Assembly: GCA_951406725.2 (NCBI GenBank)
Contig: OX597839.1
Location: 30,194,001 to 30,258,000, forward strand
Direction: 5' to 3'
DNA: 64,000 nt
Source: Octopus vulgaris
Taxonomy: Eukaryota
Shown: in pieces, positions 13,666-26,834 of the stretch
Layout of the letters: every line of letters starts with the position of its first letter
Position numbering within the stretch: position 1 is the stretch's first letter
Program-made: the position numbers and the translations under genes
The notes under the pieces: generated by a model
The model's input: only the letters and a program-made list of their open reading frames with translations
The model's database searches: none
Told to the model about the DNA's origin: nothing

Positions 13666-15489
13666 AGAAGATACATTGTATCAAATTTTGATTGGTGTTG
13701 TTTATATTGGAATTGAAAAAAGGAGGGATGGTCACGACAGGAAAAATTTTTTAAAAGCTGCTCCAAAGTGATATGTGTTTGTTCTTGATGTTTCGTAAAT
13801 TGATGGACAATGTTCCTTTGTAATGAAATTCATTGCAACAAAACTCTTTTACTGATGTTCCGAATAAGATTTTGGCTGCAAATTTAATTCTACTGAACTG
13901 AATTATTTGGTTTGTTGGTTTTCATTATTATAAAATTTTGTGTATATATGTGTAAATGTGTGTGTATCTGAGTGTAAATCTGTTTATAAGTATGTGTGTG
14001 TGTGTATGCATGAAGATGTGTTTATACATACATATGTGTGTGCATTGTGTGAGTTTACATGTTATAGTAAACAGATGCGGTGCTCAAACGATTGAAATTT
14101 TTATCGAAGACTAAGTTTGCAGGATAAAGAATGGTTATAAGAGGAATCCAGATGAGCTGATGTGAAGGTAAAGATGTAAATAAACAAATAAAGCTGTTTG
14201 GGATTGATATGTGTGTGTGTGTGTGTGTTTATATGTATATATATATGAATTTTGAAAAACAGGCAATATATTTCAGGCAAAAGAACCAAATCAAACCAAA
14301 ATAATAATTCCCAAAACTGGCTGAAGATTGGAGAAATGTAATGGTTGTGTGTGTGTGTGTGTGTGTTGAGAAGAAAAAGCAAATTAAAATGAATGATTTT
14401 TTTCTGATACATAAAACAATAACAAATATAAAACAAGAAATATAATGACAAAGTATTATAAAATCCATTTTTTAAAAATTCAGGTGGCGAGTTCTTTTAT
14501 TTATTTTTTTTCTGAATATTTTTTTAACTAAATGAAATTGAAAAAAATTCTGTTTATTCTTTTATTATTTCATTTTTTATTACATTTTTTTCCCCATATT
14601 TATTACCATCATCACCATCATCACTACCATCAGTTTTAATTTTGTTATAGTTACATTGGATTTGTAATGACCTTAACAGATTAAATGTCTAAAATTTGTT
14701 TAGGTTTATCTCTTACACATCCTCTGCTGAAATCACACTAAGATAGACTTTGTATCCTTTTCTCAGTATTTGTGGATTTGTGTCTGAGTTATAAATCTCT
14801 ATTATTATTAAGGTGGCAAGCTGATAGCCACCAAGTTTGCCCTTCATCCTTTCACACATGATTAAATAAGTACCAGTTGACCTCTTGGGATTGATCTAAT
14901 CAATTTACTTCCTCCTCTCAAAAACTGATGGCCTTCTGCTGAAATTTGATACCGTTATTATTATTATTATTAACTTTTAATCTGAATGTTTGTTACAGCC
15001 ACTTGCTGAGACACAGCCAGTGTCCCAGAGTGAATGAAGGTATTTTATAAAGTACCATGGCAATGGATGTGTGGTGTGAAAAGTTAAAGGCAAGGATAAA
15101 AATAAACCAGAACAATCTGGCTGAATATGAGGCAGTCATGATGTGCATATAACAGTAATAATAATAATAATAATAATAATATCATTAATAAAATTTATTG
15201 ATAAAAGTTGTAAATGAAATTTATAGTAGGATGTGTTGGCAAGTGATGGAGAATAAATGAACGATGGCAAATTAAATGAAAATCATGTGTGAATCCTCAA
15301 ACTGCCAGCAAGCCATGGCTCAATATTTCTCATTCCTCACAGGTACAAAAGTCATCAAACAGCAACAAACAAACAACATTAACTACTGAGAATTCCCCCA
15401 CCCCTCTTCCTCACAGTCCCAAAACTTTAGGATTGTAGTCATTGATGTTAGTATGATGAGAGGAAGGTCTGGTGAGGTTGTGGAGAGAC

Positions 15490-16210
15490 TGGAGTAAAGG
15501 TGAATGAATGTTTGTTGTGAGTCAAGATTTGGAGGGAAAGGATTTTCTGCCAAACTTCTCACAAACAAGAAAAGACAAAATATATTTCTTCTGGGTGAGT
15601 AAAAGCGATGAGGGTGGTTGGCTGGACATGTTGTTAGGTGAGAAATGGATTGATAAAGGAACTGAGATGTTTAGGATGTGGGATAAGTTGAGATGAGACT
15701 AGTTACAGGCAACATTAATCCCTGCATGTGCTCCCCAGGCTTGTTTGAGGGGAAGAACAGAAGGGCTGTTCCTCTCAGATCCTCCTGTACACTACAAGAA
15801 CTTCATTATTGTGGCTGGTGACTTCAACAGACATGTAGGTCAACATGATGATGACTTCCATGACACAGAGGGAGGCTATGGTTATGGTACAAGAAATGTG
15901 GTGGGTGTAAGGCTCCTGAGTTCTGTGATACAATGGATCTAACAATTTGCAAAATACATTTTAGGAAACCAGTCAACCATTTCATCAGGAAATGGGACAG
16001 AGGGACTATTATAAATGCCAAAACCTCTCCAAGCAGCACTCAGATTAGTGGCTTAAGACCTGAGTCAGAGCCTGGCAGACAATGATATAGAGAAGGAAAA
16101 CATGGAAAAGAATCTGCAGTTCGGAACAGGTTTAGAGAAATTCTAATTGACAGGTATTACAGAAGGGAAGAGAATTTAGACACCTATTGCATTTATGACA
16201 ATTGGGAATG
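15490..16210 (+). mobile_element. Degenerate RTE LINE, APE-endonuclease region
   Basis: IIVAGDFNRHVGQ...GGYGYGTRN in ORF 15745..15942. Confidence 0.75.
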
Positions 16211-16275
16211 TCTGTATATATATATATATATGACAAGAAATAATTTTTGCCTCTTCTTATGGAGACAAAAGGGTT

Positions 16276-16306
<31 letters not shown>

Positions 16307-16871
16307 ATACGTTTGTGTTTGTCCCCCTAACATCACTTGACAACCGACGCTGGTATGTTTACGTCCCCTTGCGATTCGGCAAAAAAGGCCGATAAAATAA
16401 GTACTAGGCTTACAAAGGATAAGTCCTGGGCTTGATTTGCTCGACTAAAAGCGGCGCTCCAACATGACCGCAGTCAAATGACTGAAACAAGTAAAAGACA
16501 AACGTGTCTACTTCAAAATTGTTCTTAACCTTACATGATTCTCTCCCTTTCCATACATTTTTTTTTTTTTCAAATACACTGAAAGAAAAATTGAACCTAA
16601 TTGTGTGAGTGTACATATAGATGCGTGTGTATATATGTATATATATATGTATGTGTGTGCCTATTTATAAGCACGCCTTTTGCATTCTTATAATTCATTT
16701 CCACTAAAATAATTCTCTCTCCTTCTTATAATAAGTTTTACATAGAACTAAATGAAACACTTTCCCAGTATACGTGTGTATGAAGAGACTCACACATGTA
16801 TAACACGTGTGAACGTATGTCTGTATATGTATATATGTGTGCATGTGTGGGTATGAGCACAAGCACCTGAG

Positions 16872-17098
16872 TGGGATCTTTTCCTTTTGATGGACGGAAT
16901 TTCTAGTTAACTAAACCATTTGAAACTTCGTATACTGGTAGAATGTGTGAAATGCTGGCATTTCATTGGTTAAAATTCGAAGAATTAAACTACGTTAAAC
17001 TCACAAATTACAATTTTCTCAAAAAGGCCAAGTGAAAATAATGTTTACTTTTCACACATACTACCAGTATACGAAGTTTCAAATTGTTTAGTTAACTG
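16872..17098. mobile_element. MITE-like fold-back DNA element; a related end lies at 17941-18130
   Basis: agttaactaaaccatttgaaacttcgtatactggtag and its inverse at ~17058-17097; a direct copy starts at 17941. Confidence 0.6.
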
Positions 17099-18329
17099 TG
17101 TATGTATATATGTATAAAAGTGTACAAGTATATTTTGATAGGTTTCGGACAGTATTAGCCGATGCCATGTCTAACTTAAAAGCACCACCTGGCAAAGACA
17201 TTCAAATCAGGAATCGGACAACATGGCCCACTCAAGTAGAGAGTTATTGTTTACGGACACATCCGGGTGTAGGAGGGTTTATCCGGGATATTTGAAAGGA
17301 ATTTGAAGGAAAGACTTCTTGAACTTCATGGCCGGTAATAAAATAATAGGGGAAAAAGTCACAAGTTTGGCTAGGAAAAAAAGTCACAATTAATTTTTTT
17401 TTATCTGGATTCGATTTAAAAGCGTGAGAGGCGTTCCATAAAAACAAATTAAAACTCAAGCAAGCGGGTTTCAATATTCTGCAGATTCATCCACGCAGTC
17501 CAAACAAATTTATAAATGAAAAATACATAACTTCCGAACAAATAAACGGATTTTCATGCAACCTTCAACATTCTTTTCCTCATTGAATAATAAACAATAC
17601 TAGAATGAGTATTGACATAAATTGCATAGTTTTAGTGCTATTGTAAAAAATTTTACTAAAATTCCCCATTTTCGGATTTTATGGGGATGAGGGAGTATTC
17701 TAGTAAAAATGTATAGCAAGATTATAAACCTCAGACATTTTCAATTTCCACAGTTTTATTTTATTTTCACTCCACCCTAGTGTTTATGCATACATATATG
17801 TAGACATATCTATCTACATATCTTATATATCTCTGTCTGCTGGTACGTATAGCCACATATGTATGTTTAGGGGATGAGTGTGTGTGTATGTATGTGCACG
17901 AGGGAACGTGTGTGTGTGTGTGTATATATATATAATAAACTGGGATCTTTTCTTTTTGAAGGCCAGATTTTCCTAGTTAACTAAACAATTTGAAACTTCG
18001 TATACTGGTAGAATGTGTCAAAAGAAAACATTATTGTAAACAAAATTGAAAACAAAATTGTAATTCGTAACTTAAACGTAGTTTAATTTTAAGAATTTTA
18101 ACCAATGAAATCGCAGCATTCGAGCTCAAATTATTTACCTCTTCTTCTGTCTTCTACATGTGCTAGAAATAACAGCTATATCTCTTAAATCGATTAATTT
18201 CGTCGCCCAACAAAAATATTAACGATATTTTTTGAATATTTTCTTTATTTTTTCTTTACCGAAAAGGCTTCTCCCATGGTTTTGAAGGGCCAGAAACAAC
18301 AAAAACAAAACAATAATATGCCTAAATCG

Positions 18330-18840
18330 GTCTCGAGTTTGCGCGTGGAGTGTGAGTCGTATTGTAAAGTGTGAGATTTTTTGTAAAGTGAGGAAAGGCT
18401 GTGCACTGAATCAATCCCACTCACTAAGCAACAGCAGCCATAATCCGAAAAGAAGAACAAGTCAACATCATCGGTAACCACTGAGCCGCAGGTTTTATGT
18501 CGGAGTTATCCCAGTTTCCTGAGTTACCTTCTCCTAGAAGGATGCCCTAACAAAGGAGTCCTACACTCCCAATGATTTAACCGTGCGATCGGGTATTCAG
18601 TCCGATTATTTCTATGTCCATGCGCATGATACAGCCTTAAGGCATTTATTGGATGGCCGTTGACTCTCAAGAGTTCCTCTGGCCATTGACGGGTTTTGTT
18701 TTTCATCCCGCAGGGTGTCCAACAAACACCCTCCTCACCAAGCAAGCTTGGTGGGGTTGCCGTTTAGACGCCGACGGCCCGACCATGCAACAGGTTGTAC
18801 TCGGTTACATGTTGTCAGTAGCACTCGAAAGAGACCTGAC
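18330..18840 (-). mobile_element. RTE-type LINE 5' UTR fragment
   Basis: GC-rich hairpin-forming block; minus strand has gggcatccttctaggagaaggtaactc, a motif recalled as typical of RTE 5' regions. Confidence 0.5.
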
Positions 18841-18868
18841 ATAAGTATATATGCATGCATATATACAA

Positions 18869-19046
18869 ATGTATGTATGTATGTATGTATGTATGTATGT
18901 ATGTATGTATGTATGTATGTATGTATGTATGTATGTATGTATGTATGTATGTATGTATGTATGTATGTATGTATGTATGTATGTATGTATGTATGTATGT
19001 ATGTATGTATGTATGTATGTATGTATGTATGTATGTATGTATGTAT
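18869..19046. repeat. (TATG)n tetranucleotide microsatellite, ~44 copies
   Basis: Direct reading. Confidence 0.98.
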
Positions 19047-20779
19047 AGAATTTTGATAGAATTCAGACAATATGTAGATGGAGTAGCAAAGAGTCTTGTG
19101 TACTGTTATTCTATTCTACTTATTTATTTTCGATTGAATATATTTTGTTTACTTAAAAATTGGAATTTTGGAAAATAAAAGTTTTTTTTTACAACTGCGA
19201 TTCGCGTTTTTTGTTTACGTGAAATTATAAAAAAAAAATTAAGATTTGGCTGTTATTTCTAGCATGTCTAGGTTAAACTTCATGTGCTGGTTGAAAATCA
19301 CCTAAAAACGATCCTGGGGTCGATACATTTGACTAAACATTCCTCAATGTGGTGCCCCAGCATGGCCACAGTCTAATGACTGCAGCAAGTAAAAAGAAGA
19401 AAAAAACGAAAAATAACCGAAAAATATAACCTTGGAGCTTTTGTCCAAGGGACTTCTGTCCGAGGGGGCTTCTGTTCGCTTCCCATACACAGGTGCAGGT
19501 GCACTCATCAAAATTTACCGTAGAATAAGCTCAGGTGAGCGAGTGAGTGTATTCTCAATCCATGACATCGCAGATTTTCTTGCAGGATTGCATTGTGTGA
19601 AATGCCTAGCAGGTTGTTCAGAAATGAAATGTGTCTGGCACTGTTGTGGTGGGTAATTGCTGAGGTTAGCAAGGACGACAGTGCAGCATGCTGAAAATAG
19701 GGTCCTTTCTTAAAAAGTGAAAAAAAAAAAGAGGAGCATGCAAAGAAAAAGAAAAGTTGTTGTGAGTCTATACGAGGGTCTTATATTTGGGCAAAAGTTG
19801 GTGGATACTGCAGAGTCTGTTTATCGGGATGAGATGCTTCCACAGCATCCTCACTTTAACCCTTTCCCCTCCCCTATCTTTGTGGTATCCTGCAACCTCC
19901 TTTTTTCTCCTTTTCCTCACTATACTCACTCACCACTTCCTCAACTTCTCCATCTCCTCAAAACCTCTTCTAATCTCCCCACTCATTCCTTTTTCTCCTT
20001 CAGTGACTCAGAATTCCTCTCACCCCTAGTCTATTGCTCCCATCCTGTCCCTTATCCTCACACCGTCCGTCCATACTCGCCCTTATGATATATTATAACC
20101 TCAGACAACCCCTACACAAGCAATCCATCACTTGTCTTTGCCCCCCTATTTCTCAATTCTTCCTTTCCCCTGTTCCCTTCCATATTATTACCCGCCCCAT
20201 TACTCAACGACTCCCTTACTCTCTCCCTTCACCACCATCTTATAACAACTATTAATCTATTCCTATAAAATATGATTTTGAAATTTATTGATTTTTTCCA
20301 ATGATAAAGTTCGAAATTTCTGGAAACTATTGTAAACCAATCTTTTTTTTTATTTTATAGAGAGTGAATTCACGAATTTTAGTTTAGTTTGATACAAAAG
20401 CGATGACGAAACTCTCAGCTCTTGATTCGCTTACATAATTTTTACAGTTGATTGGGGGGGGTGTATATTCGGAGATCCGTTTATTCTTACCTGTTGTCTT
20501 TTAAGAAGCAGAAAGTTCTAGGAGGAGTGGATTCCCAGTTCCCTCGCTCCCTCCCCTTTTAGTGGCTTCTTACGACACGCTGGGAATACGGCGACTGAAT
20601 TTTACCGGACCCCCCTCCAGTCGCAGGGTTGGGGTGCTAGTTAGCCCCTAGCTGGGACCATTACAAGTTCTACCACTCTGGGCCAGAATGGACCTGGGAA
20701 CAATATTGGATAAGAGGTCGTTCTACACTCCTCAAACCCTGAAACCAGGGCCCCAGGCTTCTGCTACCGGGTGTAGTTT

Positions 20780-21130
20780 AGAGTCATACAAGGGAGCGGA
20801 TGGTAAGGAGGGTGATGAAGGCAGCAGAACCAGAGGCAGACCTCGGTTTGTGTGGATGGATGGAGTGAGGAAAGCTTTGGTGGTCAGAGGTGTTGGAGTG
20901 AGAGAGGCAAGAGAGTTTATAAATGTTAGGAAAACTTGGTGAGTGTTTGTGGACGGATGAGTGAATTGATGTTGCTCAAAGCAGTACGGAACCAGCATGA
21001 TGCGGCGGGGGTAAACCAACATATGTTATCGGTCCCCGCTGCTAACATCACGGGTTGCGTTGAGCTGGGAAACGAATGGAATGCCTGGTGTGTGTCTTAT
21101 ATGGCTACCCGCTCCTAAAATAAATTGGGA
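20780..21130 (+). mobile_element. RTE-like LINE 3' end (second family)
   Basis: EGSRTRGRPRFVWMDGVRKAL...VREARE...RKTW. Confidence 0.7.
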
Positions 21131-21189
21131 ATAGGCTTGGGTATATATATAAAAAAAATCTTATTACGTATTAAGGTGTTTTTTCTGGT

Positions 21190-21419
21190 TGCTCTATCAC
21201 GCGCGCGCGAGCACACACTCACACACACACACATACGCACATGCGCGTGAGCGTACACATATACACACACGCTATAGTTCTTCGTTTCGTTTTAATATTC
21301 CTGGTTTTTGCACAAACCACCTTCAGTCCTCCACTTCCATCCCAATTCTCTGACCTTCCATTCGACTCCGATCCTCTTCCGCTGTTTCTTGTTTCTCTTC
21401 TCTCAAACTCCTGCTCAAA
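21190..21419 (+). promoter_or_regulatory. CpG-enriched promoter/5' UTR of UQCR10 with an NRF1-like site
   Basis: cgcgcgcgcg at ~21200, cgcacatgcgcg at 21236-21247, pyrimidine-rich leader, caaaATG. Confidence 0.55.
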
Positions 21420-21560
21420 ATGTCGTTACTTAACCAAGTATACAACGCCTTGTTTCGACGAACATCGACATTTGCATTGACCGTTATATGTGGTGCCTTC
21501 TTATTCGAACGGATCGTCGACGAAGGCGGAGACTACGTCTTTGCTCGAATGAATCAAGGA
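21420..21560 (+). CDS. UQCR10: Cytochrome b-c1 complex subunit 9 (QCR9), exon 1
   Basis: MSLLNQVYNALFRRTSTFALTVICGAFLFERIVDEGGDYVFARMNQG (hallmark LFRRTSTFALT..FER); GGA|gtaagt donor. Confidence 0.96.
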
Positions 21561-22223
21561 GTAAGTAAAGAACCTCGTCCACGCTTTTTCATTTCTCTCC
21601 CGAAATATTTCATCAAATATTTATTCAGTCTTCATATTTCATTTAAATAACATCAAAAATGTATAACAAGGATTTTAAATTCACTGTGAAATCTTTTACT
21701 TTTAATTAATGAACTTCAGAATCAAAATATTTTAGTCAAGGTCAAAATTGCTTTTAATCTTGAAATAAAATAAACATTTCTAAATTCTGTTTCGTCAAAT
21801 AAATATTAAATATACCAGCAAGAAGATATTATTTCAGAAATACTTATTAGTAGCCCTGTCTTAGTTCGATGGTTATCTTTTTTTTTTTTAAATGTTTCAA
21901 TATTTTCCAGAAAGAACTTTTTCATTGTAAAAACTTAACATCGGTAATGAAACTGACTTTATTGTATTACATTGGAATAAGGTGTCTAGATTTATAAATA
22001 TATTATAGGAATTTATTAGGAAATTAAACGTTTAATTGTTTTGAGATCTGTGTACATCTATATCACATACACACTCATAATATATATGTGTGTGTATGTA
22101 TATTTAGGCGTTACTCCAGCATAGCCGCATTCAAATGATTGAAACAAGTAAACGAGTAAAGAGTATATATATATATTATATATATATATATATACAAAGA
22201 GAGAGAGAGAGATATAAGAGCCA

Positions 22224-22522
22224 CCACATTTCCTGATAGTGTCAATGCCCGTTGGCACCGGCACCTGAGGCCTCGCCAAAGTTATTCTGATCGTCAGGAG
22301 ACAAATGTTAAAGTGAATATCCTACACTGCTAACAGTATTTGGAATATATGTAAAGGGTGTGTGTGCGTATATATGTGTAGACATACATACACACACACC
22401 TTTACCTGTATTCTACATACTGTTGCATTGTAATACTTGTCTCCTGGTGATCAGAATGACTTTGGCACCGCCCTCAGGTGGTGGTGCCAACGGGCATTGA
22501 CACTATCATAAATGGAATGTGG
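22224..22522. repeat. ~300-bp imperfect palindrome (MITE-like fold-back) in the UQCR10 intron
   Basis: tgatagtgtcaatgcccgttggcacc pairs with ggtgccaacgggcattgacactatca; pairing continues inward to ~22378. Confidence 0.85.
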
Positions 22523-24924
22523 GAGTCTTTTTGGCCCATTTTGTAACATGGTTCTCTATTTCTTCATTCTTTTCTTCTATAGAATCACCACATCAAGCTG
22601 GCTGCAGCTGTAATCACCCTTAATCATGCAGTTCCCAGTTTTATCAACGGATTTATCATAAATCTCCTTTTCTCTTCAGTTAATGAATCCCCATCCTTCT
22701 GTCCTTAACTTCAATGTATTCCTCCTGCCATTCTGCACTGCTATCCTCATCTTTCATTCCAGTCTGACTGACCAAATTCTTCTTCTCAATATATTCCATG
22801 ATAACCTCCTTCATTCAGCTGCCACTTCTTCTTTTGCAAACTGCAGTCTGTTTTTTCATTTTCATGCTTTTATATATACACACACACACACACACACATA
22901 TATAAAATCTCTGAATTGATAATGTTCATATGATGAACCAGGATGATATTTCTGTGAATTATCTGTGAAACCTACTGACAAGTGCAGTTTCCTATCCAGG
23001 AACTGTCCTAAGTGAGTGATTTTAGGCCATTGTTCCTAAGTTCTTCTTGGTTAGAACAGTCCTTGGATAGGACTAGCTCTCACTTAGCCTCTGTGGAGAT
23101 CTAAAACAAAGTTTCCCACTCTCAGGGCCAACTTTTATAGGATCCAAAATGCATAATGCAGGAACAGGTATCTGCACGTTGAAGTTCATAGTGACATTCA
23201 GTGTAGGTATTTACCAGTGTTGGTGTCTTTGCAGTGAAAGTGATAGATCCAGTAAACCCCCAAGGCACTCACTACTTTCCCCAGCTGCCAGATATGAATT
23301 CTGTTGGAAACTGCCTTCAATCTGATTGTCACGTTGTTTTTCTCTCAGGATGTTATGTAATCAAATAGCCACATGGCAGCAGGCTGGTTGTTAAGTGCCA
23401 GAGAATATCCATCATAATGAAGCTGCACATTATCTCTGGGACCCACTGCTGCTTTGAGTTTCCCTACAACAGCCCCCACTTACTATGTATGTCTGTAGGG
23501 AGTCTAGTAAGAGTTTTAATAGGGAAGAGATTCTGTATTCTCACACTAGACTGGTTCCAAATTTATCATCTGGGCTTAATTAACAGTGTTGAGCAATAAG
23601 CTTTACTAAGGTAGTATTGAACTAGATGTTTCTACACTATCATATACTCACACGCATCCCTACATTGCTTTCGATACAAGATATTCTCTTGATCAATTAA
23701 AGACCAGAGATAATAACTTCAGTGTGTCTTTATGACAAACAGATGTTCAGGCCTATCAGTTGAATGGGTCACTGTTTTGGCCCCTTGGTGTAAGCAACCT
23801 TATTTCACTGACATTGCTGATACTTTTTGAAATGGTATCAACACAACAACTTTCTATTTTTCTAAACTTAATGTTGCAACTTTGATGTCCTTAGAAACAC
23901 CTTTGCATAAGTTCCATTATAGTTGACATGTAGACAGGTGTTGCTTTGTTCCCTTTCACAAGACAATTAGCTCTAATTACCCAGCAAGGTCTTTGTATGT
24001 TATCAATATAATTTTCATTATAATGAGGTTTATTTCTTAATTATTATTTTCATCTGTTGTTTTATGGAATTCTGCTCAGTTTAATTTTGCTTCCGACGAA
24101 ACCCTTTCTTTAGTCTAAGAAACATTTTAGACTGTCTCAATAAAAGTATTATTTAGTCTTCATATCATTTTTTACATTGTATTAAGGACTTCCTGGATAA
24201 TTCTTGTTAAACCCCATAAACATGTTTTCTGAACTGCCTCTAACCCCAAATTACGATCAAGTTTTTCAAGGTTTGCTCCCAAATTCTTTGTCACTACTCA
24301 AGGTCCCAGTAATAACTGGCAATATCATGACCTTGTTAACTTTTCTGTTCCAACACTTGGGGACTTCATCCATCAAAACTCTTCTTTTTCCTTTTTCTCT
24401 TTCTTATAAATGTCTTTAATGTCCTGTCTGTTCCATTTTTCTTTCAGTTTATTTAGGAAAGCCCCTCAACAACCTCACTACAAGGTTGGTAGAATAAAGA
24501 ACTAGGATCAATTAATCAACCACCCCCTCCTAAATGGGTGGCCTTGTGCCTATGTAAGAAATGCTAATCATTGTTCCAGCTTTCTGGGTTCAAATCTCAC
24601 CAAGGTCAACTTTGCCTTTCATTCTTTCAGGTTTGATAAAATAAAGTGACAGTCCACAACTGGAAATTTTGAAGATTCAGACTAGACATCTTGTCATATT
24701 TCTTCCAGTTCTTTACATTCTGAGTTAACATCATTATCTGGTCTTTGGGTACCTTTAAATGACAATCACTCTGTTGCAAGCATTCAGGATGGGCCCTTGG
24801 TTTGAGATAACCTCTTCCTACTTCCCATTACCTTGGAGGCTCTCAACAAATAACTTCTGGCCTTCCCTTGATGAAATGATAAAAATAATATATTTATGTA
24901 TATTTCTGTTGAAAAATGTCATAA

Positions 24925-25180
24925 CACAGTGGCACCTTGCACAAGTGTCTTCTTCTATAGCCTTCGACCGACCAAAGTCTTGTGAGTAGATTTCTTAGAT
25001 GGAAACTGAAAAGAAGCCCATCTATATATTCATGTGTCTGCATTTGTCCCCCACCACTGCTTGACAACTGGTGTTGATGTATAAAGAATATGAATACTGA
25101 GGTTGATTCATTCAACTAAAAGTTCTTCAAGTTGGTGCCCCAGCATGGCCACAGTTTAATGACTGAAACCAGTAAAAGAC
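24925..25180 (+). mobile_element. tRNA-derived SINE (family B), 5'-truncated
   Basis: ggcaccttgcacaagtgtcttc...ccccagcatggccacag...gactgaaac. Confidence 0.75.
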
Positions 25181-25863
25181 AAAAAACTTTTGGGGTTTCC
25201 TTCCTTTAAAAGGTTATGGATTTATTTCTCTCTTAAATAATTAAAAAGTCTTTCACTTAACAGTTAGAAGCCACACACTGTTCATGCATTTCATGTGTTG
25301 GTTGTTCCAAGTGTTGCAGAGGAGAAACACTTCTCTCTCTTCCTTGTTTGACTTTCTTTTTGTTTATGAAGATTTTTACCAATCTAAAGACATTTGTTCC
25401 TAAAGGAAATATCATTATTAGGAAAATACTTTGAGACCATATCTCAATTGTCTTCAGCTTCATCCACTGAGTTAAAAATTTCATTGATATCTAGCCATAA
25501 AGGCACAAAATCTCATTTAGCAATGTGTTGAGGATTTCAGAGACATTCTTCAGAAAGAATCCAGGACACACATGTTCCATTGTCAGATGCAAGGAACAGA
25601 CTTGTGTAGTGTACGGTAACTCAACCAAGAGAAGAGTCTCTACACACTTTTATTACATCTGTTGTTCAAATAAAATGTCTTTATCCAAAGGAATGTTCTT
25701 ATAGATGTCAGAGTGAAGTCCATTTTTGAAAGTTATATTCAATAATTTTATATTAAACGATACAAAGGGAGAATATATGTTATGATTACACGAAGAGGTC
25801 CAGATCTGTCATTTGCTAGAGACATAACATCACAAATGCACTAATTATATTTATCATTATTAA

Positions 25864-26418
25864 TGTAAAAGCACCATCCGTTCGTGTCCGTTGCCAGCCT
25901 CGCCTGGCCCCCGTGCCGGTGACACGTAAAAGCACCATCCGTTCGTGGCCGTTTGCCAGCCCTGTCTGGCCCCAGTGTCGGTGGCAAGTAAAAGCACCAT
26001 CCGTTCGTGCCCGTTGCCAGCCTCGCCTGGCCCCCGTGCCGGTGACACGTAAAAGCACCATCCGTTTCCGTGGCCGTTTGCCAGCTCTGTCTGGCCCCCG
26101 TGTTGGTGGCACGTAAAAGCACCATCCGTTCGTGTCCGTTGCCAGCCTCGCCTGGCCCCGTGCCGGTGACACGTAAAAGCACCATCCGTTCGTGGCCGTT
26201 TGCCAGCTCTGTCTGGCACCTGTGCAGGTGGCACGTAAAAAGCACCCACTACACTCACGGAGTGGTTGGCGTTAGGAAGGGCATCCAGCCGTAGAAACAC
26301 TGCCAGATCTGACTGGGCCTGATGAAGCCTTCCAGCTTCACAGACCCCAGTTGAACCGTCCAACCCATGCTAGCATGGAGAACGGACGCTAAATGATGAT
26401 GATGATGATGATGATGAT
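25864..26418 (+). mobile_element. RTE-3'-tail element with six 60-64-bp tandem modules and a (GAT)n tail
   Basis: aaaagcacc recurs at 25867, 25928, 25990, 26051, 26115, 26175 and 26237; tail ...aacggacgctaaatgatgatgat. Confidence 0.88.
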
Positions 26419-26577
26419 TATTAATTTTGATGATTGATAATATACAAGGGTTTGTTCATAATTAGGGAGAGAAAGGGACTTCAGATGTCTGATAGAAATG
26501 GGGGAGAAACACTGACAAAACCGTTTTTTATTAAATCATTTAAGAGTTATTTTAATATCAACTTGGTTATATTTCAG

Positions 26578-26640
26578 AAATTATGGCACCAAATCAAATA
26601 TAAATATATGGAAACACAGGAAGATGGTGATGACGAATGA
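26578..26640 (+). CDS. UQCR10: Cytochrome b-c1 complex subunit 9, exon 2 (terminal)
   Basis: atttcag| acceptor, phase 0; KLWHQIKYKYMETQEDGDDE* (human KLWKHIKHKY); spliced product is 67 aa. Confidence 0.95.
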   Translation, partial: KLWHQIKYKYMETQEDGDDE

Positions 26641-26834
26641 TGCCAATGCTTGATTAATACTGAATATGTTTGAGATGAGAACTGTTGAATAGCAAGTTTC
26701 TTTCTGTGACTTATTTATTCTTCACCTCCTTCCATGTGAAACATCAAAGAAATGGCTGGAGAAAGGAATTTGCAGAAGAAACAAAGAATTGTATTTAAGA
26801 AACTTTTGGAAAAGTTAAAAAAAACACAATATGG

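Noticed and set aside
21561-21650. Single-exon 76-aa UQCR10 ORF from the track
   Set aside because: It reads through a canonical gtaagt donor; the conserved KLW..IK.KY C-terminus is at 26578-26640
25864-26250. HDV-like ribozyme in the 61-bp module (ccagcctcgcctgg resembles P3/L3; ggcacg/cgtgcc could be P1)
   Set aside because: No complementary P2 strand or J4/2 could be placed, and P3 is not contiguous with P1. The ORFs here are repeat translations.
26608-26640. Acidic C-terminal tail on UQCR10 as a novelty
   Set aside because: Short acidic tails occur in other QCR9 orthologues such as yeast
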